DNA from: a virus
Taxonomy: Duplodnaviria; Caudoviricetes
Reading direction: 5' to 3' (one strand)
DNA: 58,494 nt
Virus record (IMG/VR): IMGVR_UViG_3300040664_000002
Span: 1 to 58,494 of that record
Of this stretch, positions 26,841 through 36,659 are shown piece after piece. Within the stretch, counting starts at the first letter, position 1. Each line of letters begins with the position of its first letter. The notes beneath the pieces were generated by a model. The model worked only from the letters and a program-made list of their open reading frames with translations, had not been told where the DNA came from and made no database searches. Position numbers and translations under genes: made by a program.

Positions 26841-29800
26841 TTGGGCCTTTTTAAGTCGGCAGATGGAACCGTCGTTTCGGTTCCCGATGACCAGGCTGGG
26901 TCAGCTGCGGCCCAGGGGCTCACGCCGATTGAGCCGGGGCAGGGCGGCGTTGCGGTCCCAAAGCAAGAGGACGCAGGGGCACTCGGCGCGGTTGGCACTG
27001 CGCTGACCAGCGCGGCGTCTGGTGCGACGCTCGGCGCGAGCGACATCCTGCTGTCTGGACTCCTCACCAAGGAGAGGTCCAGGCAGGTGCTCGCAGAGCG
27101 CGAGGCACACCCGTGGATCGCCGGGGCTGCTTCAGCGGCCGGTGCCATTGTCCCGGCGCTCGCCGCGCCTGGATCTGCGCTGTCGTTCACCCCCGCCGGC
27201 GCAACATCGGCAGTGGGCCGCGGCGTCGTTGAGTCTGTTGCCCCTGAGGGTGCGGGACTCATCAGGCGAACGGTCGGAGGCTCACTGGGCGGTGCAGCTG
27301 AGGGTGCTGCGTTTGCTGGCGGGCAGTACCTCGCCGAGACTGCGCTCGCTGACAAGGAGGCATCCGCCGAGGGCTTCATGGGTGCAGCTGGCCATGGTGC
27401 GCTATTTGGCGGGGCGCTGGGCGGCGGTTTCACGCTCGGCGAGGCCGCGCTGATCAAGGCCAAGTCGCTGTTTCCGCATCACGAGGTCAACGCCGAGGCC
27501 GCCAAGGGCGTGCAGCAGGAGGCGTCCGTTGGCGTATCGCAGGCGATCGCCGACGGCGACCAGATGGCGGAGATTGCTCGTCAGAAGCTGGCGCAGGCCA
27601 AGGCCGACATTGGTGTTGCCGAGTCAGCTGTCGCGCCAGTCGGCACTCAGGTCGCCCGCAAGGCGTTTGAGAGCCCAGCCGAGTCGACCACCGTCGATCG
27701 CACTGCGTTTCAGCAGGAGGCCGGCAGCAAGCTCAACGGCCAGTACCCATCGCAGTGGAAGCCCGACTTCGAGGCGGAGCTGCGAGCGCCCGATGAGCGT
27801 CCCCTGCCGCCGGAGCCTGGACTGACTCCGTACCAGCAGGACATGATCGCCGCAAAGGCAAAGTTCGATGCGGCACGCAAGGCGGTAGAACTGCCACCGG
27901 AGATGGCGGACCTTGAGCGCTCGCTGCTCGACCTAGAGAACAAGAAGGAACTGCTGCTCGACTGGCTGCACGGTTCCAACGACGTCGCTCTCGAGGCATC
28001 CCTGCGCAACCTGGCCCCCGGCGACATCCAGCGCATCCCGGTGCCGCAGGGCGAGTTCGCGCGGCCAGGCAAGGGAGGCATCAAGACGCCACAGGAACTC
28101 GAGCAGATGGTCGCTGATGCGGCCAAACCGGAGGCTCCGGCCACGGCGAAGTTGCGCGGCCCCAGCACCGAGGAGCCGACCGCTGTTCTGCGCGGCCAGC
28201 CCAATGCGCAGATCCAGCAACTGCTCACCGATCCGGCGACCGCTGCGGGTCGCCGTCGCCCGACGCTCGATGAGCCAACCGCAGCTGGCCGTAAACGTCC
28301 TGCCGACCTAACCAGCAGCGGCGGTGACAGCGGCCTGGCTCAGCTCATCCGCATGCAGCGTGAGGCCGGCGAGCCCGAGACTGGAATCGAGGGGCTATTG
28401 CGCATGCAGGCAGATGCATCGGCTCCGGAGACTGGGCTTGAGAACTTGCTGCGTATGCAGTCGGAGGCGTCCGCCCCTGAGACTGGGCTCGAAGGCCTTC
28501 TCCGCATGCAACGTGACGCAGGCAAGGGTCGCGCGCCCCGTGAGATCAGCGGGCTCGAGCGCCAGCTTCAGCTACAGCGCAAGGCCAGCGCGGAGCCGTC
28601 CGATGGTCCGGTTCCAGGGTTCTCCCTGAACAAGACCGAGACCAGCGAGCCCCTGTTCAACGACAACCCGACCCTGCGAGAGGGCATTCCGACGCGGCGC
28701 CAGGCAAAGCGCGGCGACTACCGGGACACCGCGTACATCGTGAAGCCATCCGAGCTCGCAGCACGCGAGGTTCGCGGCGTCACTGCCGATGAGGCCGCGA
28801 CCGCCGCGCGCGTGTCCAGCGTTCGCAAGGCGTGGGACAGCGGCGAAACGCTACCCGCCGTCGAGGTCGACATCGACAAGAGCGGCAACTACTTCGTGCT
28901 CGCCGGGAACAAGCGGCTGCTTGCGGCGGCACAGGATGGCGATCGCCCAGTGCTGGTTCGGTTCCGTCCAGTCGAGCACCCCGTGCGCGGCATGGATGAT
29001 CTCGCCAGCGATCTGCGCGGCCCGCGCGCCGCGGAACTCGCCCCGGCTGTAGCCCCCGAGGATCTGTCGCTCGAGGCGCTGCTGCGCGGTACCAAGAGTG
29101 CGGTGGACAGCGGAGCGGATATCGGAGCGCTTGGTCGCTCGAGCCCGGCCAGGGATCGCTACATCGCCGACAAGGCCGTGACCCGCGCCCAGCAGACCGA
29201 GCACTACCGCGCCAAGGCTAATGAGAAGAACTTCGCTGCGTCGGAGATGGGCGCGTCCGAGCGCGCGGCGAATGAGCGCCCGCCGGCTCCAGAGAAGCGC
29301 GGATCGTTGGACGACCTGCGCAACCTGATCGGCGACATGGGCTGGTCGACGCCGGGCACACGCGCAGCGCGCATCCGCGTCAGCGACACCGAGAACCCGA
29401 TCCCGTTCGTCGAGGACAAGATCCCTCGCCGCATGGAGACCTGGAAGGCAAAGGAAGAGGCCAAGGTCGGGCGACGGCAGTTGCGCGAGGCGGCTCGCAC
29501 GGCTCGCAACAACGAACTGCTCCTGAAGAAGCTTGCGAAGTTCGGCAAGGACGTTGAGCCGGCGGCAGCGCGCGCTGGTATGCCGAACCCCAGGCCGCTC
29601 AAGCGCGAAGTTGCCACGGCCACGTCCCGCGCCCCGCGAGCCGCTGGGATGCGCGCACCGCGTCCGCCAGCCGTGATCCCGCCCGTACCCGGAGTCGCCG
29701 CCACTACTGCGGCAGCGGCTCCGTCCATCGCAGCCAACCCTCAGCCGCTCACGCCGAGCGACCGCGCGCAGATGGCGGACAACCTGAGCGAGCCGGCCGC

Positions 29801-31859
29801 CGCCGCGCTTGCCGATGTCGGCCAGGTTACCTCCGTCGGGCGGAAGCTGCGCGAGGACGTGGCGCTGTCGGCCCGCGATGAGCGGCTCGTCGAGACCATC
29901 GACGACGCGCTGACCCGCTCGCCTGCCCCGCACGACGTCGAGGTCTATCGTTCGGCGGACGTCGACTACTCGCACATCAAGCCTGGCGACACCGTTGTCG
30001 ACGAGGGATACCTCACCGCCAGCACCGAGAAGCCAGGCACCGGACGCACCCAGTTGCACGTCACGGTTCCGGAGGGTTCGCCCATGGCTCCGGTTGGTTC
30101 AGTCGAGGTCATCTTGCCTCGCGGAACATCGTTCCGCGTCGACTCTATCGCCGAGACGCCGTCGACGCGCGTGCTCAAGGTTACCGCGCATCCGCCAGAG
30201 GAGTTCGCCGCCGCGGTGGAGAACGGCCAGAAGACGATGGTCGATCGGCTGTCCGAGGTGCTATCCACTTCCAAGGAGCCGGTGACGCCAGCTGCTGTGG
30301 CCAAGCATCTCGAAGTGTCCGAGCCGCAGGCCAAGCAGATCGTCGACGAGTTGCAGAGTCGTGGTCTGATCGGCGAGGCGCGTCAGCCGCCGCGGTCTGA
30401 GTTCGCTGCATCTGCGGATGTCACGGCGCCGCGGTCGCTGTCGGATACGCTCACTGACGGTGGGCGCGCGCTGTCCCGCTCCGAAGAGGACGCTCTGATC
30501 TCCGCGGCGCTCAAGCGGCACGGCCTAGATGGTGAGCCGCTGCCGGTGCGCCCGGTGGATCCGATCGCTGATAGGCTCACCGCGAACCGCAAGGCAGCCG
30601 AGGCGCAGATCGGCAAGCACGTTGGCAAGGACGTCGACATGGGGACCGCACTCGCCCATGCCGCCAAGGTCATCAACGACTACGAGGCCGCCGCCGCGAA
30701 CCTGACCGGAAAGCTGGGACCGCAGGCACCGGCATCGGCTCGAGCCCGAGCGGACGGCTATCACGCGGCGACCGCCAAGCAGGGCGAGGCTCAAGCTGCT
30801 TCCAGCGCCAAGGCGGCCGCCGATGTGAATAACAAGCTGGCCCCGAAGCTGAACGTTGTCACGGGCGGACGTGCTGGGTCCGCCCTCAACGCGGCGATGG
30901 ACCTCGGCACCGGACTCGAGGTGCTGAAGGCGATGGGCGTTCACGTCCCAGGGCTGTCCGCCATCCCGGTCATCGGCCCTGTCCTGAGCCTGTTCCTGAA
31001 GGCCAGGGCCGTCATGGGCATCCTGAAGCGCAAGGGAGGCGGCGTGCTGCGCTCGAGCGAGGGCGTCGTCGCCGCGAAGTCCGTCGAGACGCGCAACCGC
31101 ATCAATGCAGCGACCCGTGCGTTGCTCGACCGCGGAGCACGCGGCGCAGCCAAGGCATCGACGATCGCCGCACCTCCGGCCGCCATCCTCGCCCACAAGC
31201 TATTCCCCGGTGGCGCAGACCCAAAGACCAAGGACCTGCCCACGCTGTACCATGCCCGCATCGACGAGCTGTCGCGTGCGCTGGTCCCAGGTGCCATCGA
31301 GGCGGCTGTGGCCGACAGCGTGCCGACGTCGAATCCAGAGCTGCAGGACGCAATCGCCGCACAGGCTCGCAAGGGTTTGGAGTTCATCGCATCCAAGGCG
31401 CCGCGTCCCGGAACCTCGCCGGGGATGATGTCGCCCGATGGTGTGTGGAAGCCAAACAAGGCATCCCTGGACGTCTGGAGCAAGTACGTCGCTGCGGTGG
31501 CGAATCCGGCCGCCGTGCTCGAGGACCTCGCCAGTGGCCACGTGTCTCGCGAGGGTGCCGAGGTTCTGCGCACCGTCTACCCGAAACTGTTCGGCGAAGC
31601 GCAGCGCACGCTGATGGAGTTGATGCCGACGTTCCAGAAGACGATGCCGTACCCGCGGCGCGTGGCGATGTCGATCATGTTCGGCGTTCCTGTCGACGGC
31701 TCCATGCAGCAGTCGCACCTCCAGTTCATCGCGGGTCCGCCGGCGGCGCCCGCGCTTCCGCTCGGCGCCCAGCCGCCTCCGATGCAGACCGGACCTGCGC
31801 TCACCGGACCGCTCAAGACCTCAACCCTGACATCGCTCGATCGCCGAGCAGGAGCCTGA
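26841..31859 (+). CDS. Large polyvalent ejection protein (ParB-like, ADP-ribosyltransferase-like and wHTH modules)
   Basis: Gly/Ala membrane-helix N-terminus; LPAVEV..YFVLAGNKRLLAA (~28795-28975); VYRS..GYLTAS..EVILPRGTSFRV (~29830-30190); VTPAAVAKHLEVS..VDELQSRGLI (~30250-30375). Confidence 0.75.
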   Translation: MGLFKSADGTVVSVPDDQAGSAAAQGLTPIEPGQGGVAVPKQEDAGALGAVGTALTSAASGATLGASDILLSGLLTKERSRQVLAEREAHPWIAGAASAAGAIVPALAAPGSALSFTPAGATSAVGRGVVESVAPEGAGLIRRTVGGSLGGAAEGAAFAGGQYLAETALADKEASAEGFMGAAGHGALFGGALGGGFTLGEAALIKAKSLFPHHEVNAEAAKGVQQEASVGVSQAIADGDQMAEIARQKLAQAKADIGVAESAVAPVGTQVARKAFESPAESTTVDRTAFQQEAGSKLNGQYPSQWKPDFEAELRAPDERPLPPEPGLTPYQQDMIAAKAKFDAARKAVELPPEMADLERSLLDLENKKELLLDWLHGSNDVALEASLRNLAPGDIQRIPVPQGEFARPGKGGIKTPQELEQMVADAAKPEAPATAKLRGPSTEEPTAVLRGQPNAQIQQLLTDPATAAGRRRPTLDEPTAAGRKRPADLTSSGGDSGLAQLIRMQREAGEPETGIEGLLRMQADASAPETGLENLLRMQSEASAPETGLEGLLRMQRDAGKGRAPREISGLERQLQLQRKASAEPSDGPVPGFSLNKTETSEPLFNDNPTLREGIPTRRQAKRGDYRDTAYIVKPSELAAREVRGVTADEAATAARVSSVRKAWDSGETLPAVEVDIDKSGNYFVLAGNKRLLAAAQDGDRPVLVRFRPVEHPVRGMDDLASDLRGPRAAELAPAVAPEDLSLEALLRGTKSAVDSGADIGALGRSSPARDRYIADKAVTRAQQTEHYRAKANEKNFAASEMGASERAANERPPAPEKRGSLDDLRNLIGDMGWSTPGTRAARIRVSDTENPIPFVEDKIPRRMETWKAKEEAKVGRRQLREAARTARNNELLLKKLAKFGKDVEPAAARAGMPNPRPLKREVATATSRAPRAAGMRAPRPPAVIPPVPGVAATTAAAAPSIAANPQPLTPSDRAQMADNLSEPAAAALADVGQVTSVGRKLREDVALSARDERLVETIDDALTRSPAPHDVEVYRSADVDYSHIKPGDTVVDEGYLTASTEKPGTGRTQLHVTVPEGSPMAPVGSVEVILPRGTSFRVDSIAETPSTRVLKVTAHPPEEFAAAVENGQKTMVDRLSEVLSTSKEPVTPAAVAKHLEVSEPQAKQIVDELQSRGLIGEARQPPRSEFAASADVTAPRSLSDTLTDGGRALSRSEEDALISAALKRHGLDGEPLPVRPVDPIADRLTANRKAAEAQIGKHVGKDVDMGTALAHAAKVINDYEAAAANLTGKLGPQAPASARARADGYHAATAKQGEAQAASSAKAAADVNNKLAPKLNVVTGGRAGSALNAAMDLGTGLEVLKAMGVHVPGLSAIPVIGPVLSLFLKARAVMGILKRKGGGVLRSSEGVVAAKSVETRNRINAATRALLDRGARGAAKASTIAAPPAAILAHKLFPGGADPKTKDLPTLYHARIDELSRALVPGAIEAAVADSVPTSNPELQDAIAAQARKGLEFIASKAPRPGTSPGMMSPDGVWKPNKASLDVWSKYVAAVANPAAVLEDLASGHVSREGAEVLRTVYPKLFGEAQRTLMELMPTFQKTMPYPRRVAMSIMFGVPVDGSMQQSHLQFIAGPPAAPALPLGAQPPPMQTGPALTGPLKTSTLTSLDRRAGA

Positions 31860-31861
31860 CC

Positions 31862-32266
31862 ATGACCGCAATCCAGCAAGCATCGGACGCAAAGAAGGGC
31901 ACCCAAGCCGTAACCACCAACTGGTACGGACTAGGCAACGACGCCTCGATGATCAGTAGCTCCCACATCCAGTGGGACGCGGCGTTCACCGGGGTTATCA
32001 CCTTCTGGACGGCATCGTTCCCCGAGGTCGCACTCACCAGCATCGTTGCCGGTGAGTGGATCCAGCAGAACCCACCCACCGGGTACACGGCCATCTCTCC
32101 GGCTGGCGCGGCCACGGCTGCGACGCCGCTGGTCATTACCGTGCCGGGCGGCACGGCCGGTGGATGTGACGTCCAGTTCGGCAACCTCGGATCGATGATG
32201 CTCCGCGCGCAGGTGGTCTGCACTGTCGCTGGCTTCCTTCGCATCCGAGCCCACGGCAAGCAATGA
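31862..32266 (+). CDS. Virion protein, beta-rich
   Basis: AGGAG RBS, ATG 31862. Confidence 0.6.
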   Translation: MTAIQQASDAKKGTQAVTTNWYGLGNDASMISSSHIQWDAAFTGVITFWTASFPEVALTSIVAGEWIQQNPPTGYTAISPAGAATAATPLVITVPGGTAGGCDVQFGNLGSMMLRAQVVCTVAGFLRIRAHGKQ

Positions 32267-33069
32267 TCGGCATCCGCGCAGGCGTGATCGTGGGGCCGCG
32301 CGCAGGCATCGCCGTAGGCGTGTCCTCCGATCCGGACGCCCCCGATGTCAGCACGGCCATCCCTGGCGTGACCCGCGATAGCAGCAACCTGAACTACTAC
32401 CCCGCCAACGCCGCGGAGTGGACGGCGCTAATGACAGCAGCCGGACTCGCGACCGGGAACCCGGCGTCCACATGGACGCTGCAGAACGCATCAGGGAACC
32501 CTGCCGACACCATCGGGTCGATCACGCTGACCAGTACGATGACCCTCTACCAGCAGAGCATCACCGGGCTGACACGGAAGTGCATCCGCGGCGTTGATGG
32601 CACCGCGAACAGTCGGCTCGTGAACTCAACGACCGCGCCCAACCCGTCGCTGACCAGCACGTTGGAGTTGGCGTACATCGACATCCCGGTGGCGCCTGCG
32701 GTTGTCCGCGATGTCGCGTTCGGCGCCGCGAACTACGATCTCCGCTACAACACGAACGGACGACTGCGGCTGGTGTCTGGTGCATCGGCCGACCTGGTGA
32801 ACATCGCGGCGTCGACGAAGATGTGGGTCGCGCTGCAGGCCAACATCACCGCTGGCACCACGAAGGTGTTCACCGAGCAAGAGAAGTTCTCCGGCACCTA
32901 CGTGCTGCCAACGTCAGCTACGATCATCGCATTCGGCGGCCAGTCGACTGCGGTCGCGGCGATTGGCTATGCCTATGCGGCCCAGTTCACTGGCACCGCT
33001 GCTGAGCTGTCCGATGCACAGGTCAAAACGCTGCTGCAGACGCTCGGCGCAGCCATCCCATGGAGCTGA
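32263..33069 (+). CDS. Virion protein, lectin/LamG-like
   Basis: WTLQNASGNPADTIGSITLT...AAELSDAQV pattern. Confidence 0.55.
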   Translation: MIGIRAGVIVGPRAGIAVGVSSDPDAPDVSTAIPGVTRDSSNLNYYPANAAEWTALMTAAGLATGNPASTWTLQNASGNPADTIGSITLTSTMTLYQQSITGLTRKCIRGVDGTANSRLVNSTTAPNPSLTSTLELAYIDIPVAPAVVRDVAFGAANYDLRYNTNGRLRLVSGASADLVNIAASTKMWVALQANITAGTTKVFTEQEKFSGTYVLPTSATIIAFGGQSTAVAAIGYAYAAQFTGTAAELSDAQVKTLLQTLGAAIPWS

Positions 33070-33070
33070 G

Positions 33071-33613
33071 ATGAACGACGAGGATGACACCTGGCGGAAG
33101 ATCAGACGGGATCCAGACGATGAGCCAACCCCGGTCCATGATATGCTAGATCGGGAACTGGATGCCGACGAGGTTGAAGGTGTCCGACGGAGCCGCCGCA
33201 GTATCCTCGACTACGCCACCATCGGTGACGTGGTCAAGCTCGACCGCTCCATCCGCCGGCTGCGCAAGGACCTGCAGTCCAGCTCGGAGACGTCCGGCCG
33301 CGAGCTGCAAGAGCTGCTCGACCGGCCACCGAAGCAGGTCGCTGAGGCGCTGCTTGAACGGCTTACGTCACTCGAGCGCGACGTGGCAAGCCACCGCCGC
33401 ATCATCCGCTGGGTACAGGCGGGGCTTGCCGCCGCCGTGCTATCGATCGTCGGCTTCATCTACACCCGAGGGCTCACCGAGGGCGGCAATGCGATCCGCA
33501 TGGATCACGTCGAGCGCGCCATCGAAGAGTTTCGCACCCGCATATACGACCGTCGCAGTGAAGTCACGAAAGCGACGGATGCTGTGTTTGTCTCAACCAA
33601 GGATCTCCCATGA
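33071..33613 (+). CDS. Single-TM coiled-coil lysis-cassette protein
   Basis: One TM (WVQAGLAAAVLSIVGFIY) flanked by coiled coils, upstream of amidase. Confidence 0.55.
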   Translation: MNDEDDTWRKIRRDPDDEPTPVHDMLDRELDADEVEGVRRSRRSILDYATIGDVVKLDRSIRRLRKDLQSSSETSGRELQELLDRPPKQVAEALLERLTSLERDVASHRRIIRWVQAGLAAAVLSIVGFIYTRGLTEGGNAIRMDHVERAIEEFRTRIYDRRSEVTKATDAVFVSTKDLP

Positions 33614-34458
33614 TGGCTCGCTCTCACCCGTTTCGATCTGCAATCCTGTTCTCCCTAGGCGTCCTGCTGTTCGTTATCGCAGTCAACGCCGTGTTCTTCA
33701 TCGGTAAGGCCCACGCGGAGGGCCCAGTGCCCATCGTGTCCGTGACGCCATCGGCGGATGCTGTCGTTGCCGCCCCGATCGCCACGCTGCCGATCTCGGT
33801 CACCATCCTGACGGTGCTGGGAGTCGTTGCCGCGATCCTGGTTGGACTCGGCCTCGCACTGCACGGCCTCGCGGCTGCGGTGCGCGCGTTCGCAACCAAG
33901 ACCGCAACCACGGCAGATGATCGCCTCGCGGCGGCGCTGGACAGAATGGGGGATCTCATGGACTCATTCGCCGGACTGCTTGGGAAGATCGTCCCGGCCG
34001 CTCATGCTGCCCCGCCCCCGCCGCCACGCGATCCGCAGTCCGGTCGCGCGACGCTCGCCACGATGCTGGCGGTAGTCGCACTGGGCGCTGCAGTCCTCGG
34101 TACGGCCTGCGGGACTTGGCGCGAGCGCACCGGCGCCAGCGTGGGTACGGCGATCGACTGCGAGACCCCGAACCTCAAGGCCGCCGCGCTCGAGCTGCTC
34201 GGACTGGCCGGCCCCGCGATCAAGGCCGCGATCACCGGCGATGGCCACGTCGACAGGACGCAGTTCAAGGCCGCGCTCGCCACGATCAAGACCGACGCGC
34301 CGCGCTGCGCCGTGGATGCCGCGATCGCCGCGCTGCTCACGCCCGCGCCAGCACAGCCCGCCGCCGCGATGGCCGCCCCGTTCGAGGTCAACGCCGCCGA
34401 GTTGCGCGCCGCCTACGCCGAGACCGCGGCCGAGCTCGGCTGGCCGGCGATCCGATGA
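33610..34458 (+). CDS. Multi-TM holin/spanin-like protein with internal lipobox
   Basis: Signal/TM ending AHA|E, second TM plus TKTATTADD, third hydrophobic segment ending LGTA|C. Confidence 0.55.
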   Translation: MMARSHPFRSAILFSLGVLLFVIAVNAVFFIGKAHAEGPVPIVSVTPSADAVVAAPIATLPISVTILTVLGVVAAILVGLGLALHGLAAAVRAFATKTATTADDRLAAALDRMGDLMDSFAGLLGKIVPAAHAAPPPPPRDPQSGRATLATMLAVVALGAAVLGTACGTWRERTGASVGTAIDCETPNLKAAALELLGLAGPAIKAAITGDGHVDRTQFKAALATIKTDAPRCAVDAAIAALLTPAPAQPAAAMAAPFEVNAAELRAAYAETAAELGWPAIR

Positions 34459-35315
34459 CCGCTGGACTCCTGCTCGACGGCAAGCTCGTGCCGACGCCCG
34501 GCGTCACGGTGATCCCGCCGGCGAGCCACGGCGGGCCGGCATGGAACCTGCTCGGCGTCGACGACTACATGGCGCGTCAGCTGCCGGTCTCGCTGATCGG
34601 GGTGCACAGCACGGGCGGGCACTGGCCGCAGCCGATCCACGCCGGCGGCGGGCCGGCCGGGCACGCGCAGCAGATCCTGGAGATGTGGCTCGGCGCCGAC
34701 CATGGCGGCGGAGAGCGCGTGCACAGCGCGGCGCAGATCGTCGTCGACTTCGACGGCACCGCGTTCTGCGCCGCCGACATCGTGAGGTCCACCGCGTACC
34801 ACGCCCAGCTGATCAACGGTCGTGCGGTCGGCATCGAGATGTGCACGCTGCCCGACGGCAGCATCTACGAGGCCACGCTCGACGCCACGGCGCAGCTGAT
34901 CGCCCTCCTGACCCACAGCGGGCTCGACGGTGCCGGGCTCCTGCCGATCCCGTTCCAGATGCCGCGCGGCCCATACCGCAACCAGCCCTTGCGCCGGCTC
35001 GAGGTCGGCGGCGTCCAGACCGACGGCCGCGGGCTGGTCGGCGTGATCGGCCACCGCGATCAGACCGGCGCGCGCGGCCGCGGCGACCCGGGCGACGCGA
35101 TCCTGGCGCGGCTCGCCGCGCTCGGCGCCGAGGGCGTGGACTTCGACGGCAGCGAGGACCTCGCGCTCGGCCGCGCACGCCAGGCTCGCCTCAACGCGAT
35201 CGACGCCAAGGACGGGAACACGCTGCGGCCGCTCGTGGTCGACGGCGTCTTCGGTCCGGCGACCGCGACGACCATGCACCGGATCGGGTTTCGTCGGTGG
35301 AGGGATGTCGCATAG
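34455..35315 (+). CDS. Endolysin, N-acetylmuramoyl-L-alanine amidase (Amidase_2-like) with PG-binding-like tail
   Basis: GVHST, AYHA..NGRAVGIEM, VIGHRD..DPG; LVVDGVFGPAT. Confidence 0.85.
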   Translation: MTAGLLLDGKLVPTPGVTVIPPASHGGPAWNLLGVDDYMARQLPVSLIGVHSTGGHWPQPIHAGGGPAGHAQQILEMWLGADHGGGERVHSAAQIVVDFDGTAFCAADIVRSTAYHAQLINGRAVGIEMCTLPDGSIYEATLDATAQLIALLTHSGLDGAGLLPIPFQMPRGPYRNQPLRRLEVGGVQTDGRGLVGVIGHRDQTGARGRGDPGDAILARLAALGAEGVDFDGSEDLALGRARQARLNAIDAKDGNTLRPLVVDGVFGPATATTMHRIGFRRWRDVA

Positions 35316-35324
35316 CGCAGGCGA

Positions 35325-35414
35325 TCAGGTACCGATCAGCCATACGCAGAACCCGGCGACGAGCGCGATCACGGCCAGCCACAGCGCGGCCTCGATGATA
35401 ATAGAGCGCATCAC
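35325..35414 (-). CDS. Tiny TM peptide
   Basis: GTGA-coupled, MRSIIIEAALWLAVIALVAGFCVWLIGT. Confidence 0.45.
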   Translation of the reverse strand: MMRSIIIEAALWLAVIALVAGFCVWLIGT

Positions 35415-35764
35415 GGCATGTCCTCTCTGCGCGATTGGTAGCATATGCATCCCATCACCCCAGGGCTGTGTCCATCGCTGATGGTGTGGTCCGCGGATGG
35501 GGTTCCACATGGGCACATCTCCTCATCGATGAACTGGCCGCATCCATCGCATACCTTCATACCATCGTCAGGTATCCATTCACGCCCACGCTGCTCAGCT
35601 GCCGAGAGAGCGATGACCACGGCAATGTTGCGGAGCACGATGGACAGATCGAAATCGGTCTCCCATTTGAGCGCCATCGTCCCTGGACCGGTCGCGACCC
35701 ATCCTCCCCTGTCCCATTGCGAATCGAGATAGTAGTCCCCGTAGGTGACAACCGTGATGATCAC
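35411..35764 (-). CDS. Hypothetical Cys/His protein
   Basis: Coupled chain; CxxC, CxC..H..H..CxC. Confidence 0.55.
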   Translation of the reverse strand: MIITVVTYGDYYLDSQWDRGGWVATGPGTMALKWETDFDLSIVLRNIAVVIALSAAEQRGREWIPDDGMKVCDGCGQFIDEEMCPCGTPSADHTISDGHSPGVMGCICYQSRREDMP

Positions 35765-36003
35765 TTAACCGCCTCCAGTTTCTCCAGCGCTGCAGTCACC
35801 TCGTTCGCGGCACGCTCGCTGTCACCGTAGCTGCGCGCATGCTGCCAGCGCTTGCAGGCCTCAGCGAGGCTGATAAGTGCGGATGCATGATCCAGCAGAA
35901 TAGCTGTCCCACTCCAGTTCGCTGACCCAGCATCGAAACTATTCCAGTCATTCTCATCGTTAGAGATCGCCACGACCACGGCGCGCAGCTGCTCGACCTT
36001 CAC
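35761..36003 (-). CDS. Hypothetical protein
   Basis: GTGA-coupled. Confidence 0.55.
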   Translation of the reverse strand: MKVEQLRAVVVAISNDENDWNSFDAGSANWSGTAILLDHASALISLAEACKRWQHARSYGDSERAANEVTAALEKLEAVK

Positions 36004-36503
36004 GACTCACCATCCGGCAGCTCCGCGTGCCGCGCGACGCTCGCGGCGACGTCGTGCCTGGTCTGCTCGGCGATGCGCGCGATCTTGACGTCGACGAGGA
36101 CCGGAACGCTCACCTGCGCAGCGCGCTCGCCGAACTTCTCCGCCGGGTCCGTCGGAACGTTATCGCTGTCGTCGTCAACGAGCGAATCCAGCGCGTCCCG
36201 CCAGTGCTGCGACCCGTCCTCGACGGCGGTCTCGCACGCCTTGTCGATGACGTTGGTGATCAGGGACGAGCCATCCTCTCCAAGTTCGTCGGTCAGCGCG
36301 CGCTTGACGTCGGCGGCGAATCCACGCGCGTTGGTGACCGAGAAACGCGTGTCGGGCAGCTCCTGCTTCGGGCCCATCGCGTCGAACGCGAACGGCGCGC
36401 GAAGCGCAGAGAAGGCGAGCGTGTCAATCCCGATCTCGATCGTCAGCACACCCTCGCGGGTGACGCGGACCTGCAGCGCGCGATTGCGAGGTGACTTCGG
36501 CAT
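36000..36503 (-). CDS. Hypothetical protein
   Basis: GGAG RBS, 167 aa. Confidence 0.6.
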   Translation of the reverse strand: MPKSPRNRALQVRVTREGVLTIEIGIDTLAFSALRAPFAFDAMGPKQELPDTRFSVTNARGFAADVKRALTDELGEDGSSLITNVIDKACETAVEDGSQHWRDALDSLVDDDSDNVPTDPAEKFGERAAQVSVPVLVDVKIARIAEQTRHDVAASVARHAELPDGES

Positions 36504-36659
36504 CTACGCTCTCCCTGGCCAGCGCTGGGCCGGCGGTGTGGTCATGACCTCGGACAGCAGCAGGCCTTCCTCGACCTGCGCTTGGTGGTGGAACCCGCCG
36601 GCGGCCAACAGCCCGGCGAGCAGCGCGTGCACGGCCCACGGCGACGATGGATCCCTCAC
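36504..36659 (-). CDS. Small hypothetical protein (51 aa)
   Basis: Hand translation; fills gap with coupled overlaps. Confidence 0.45.
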   Translation of the reverse strand: MRDPSSPWAVHALLAGLLAAGGFHHQAQVEEGLLLSEVMTTPPAQRWPGRA

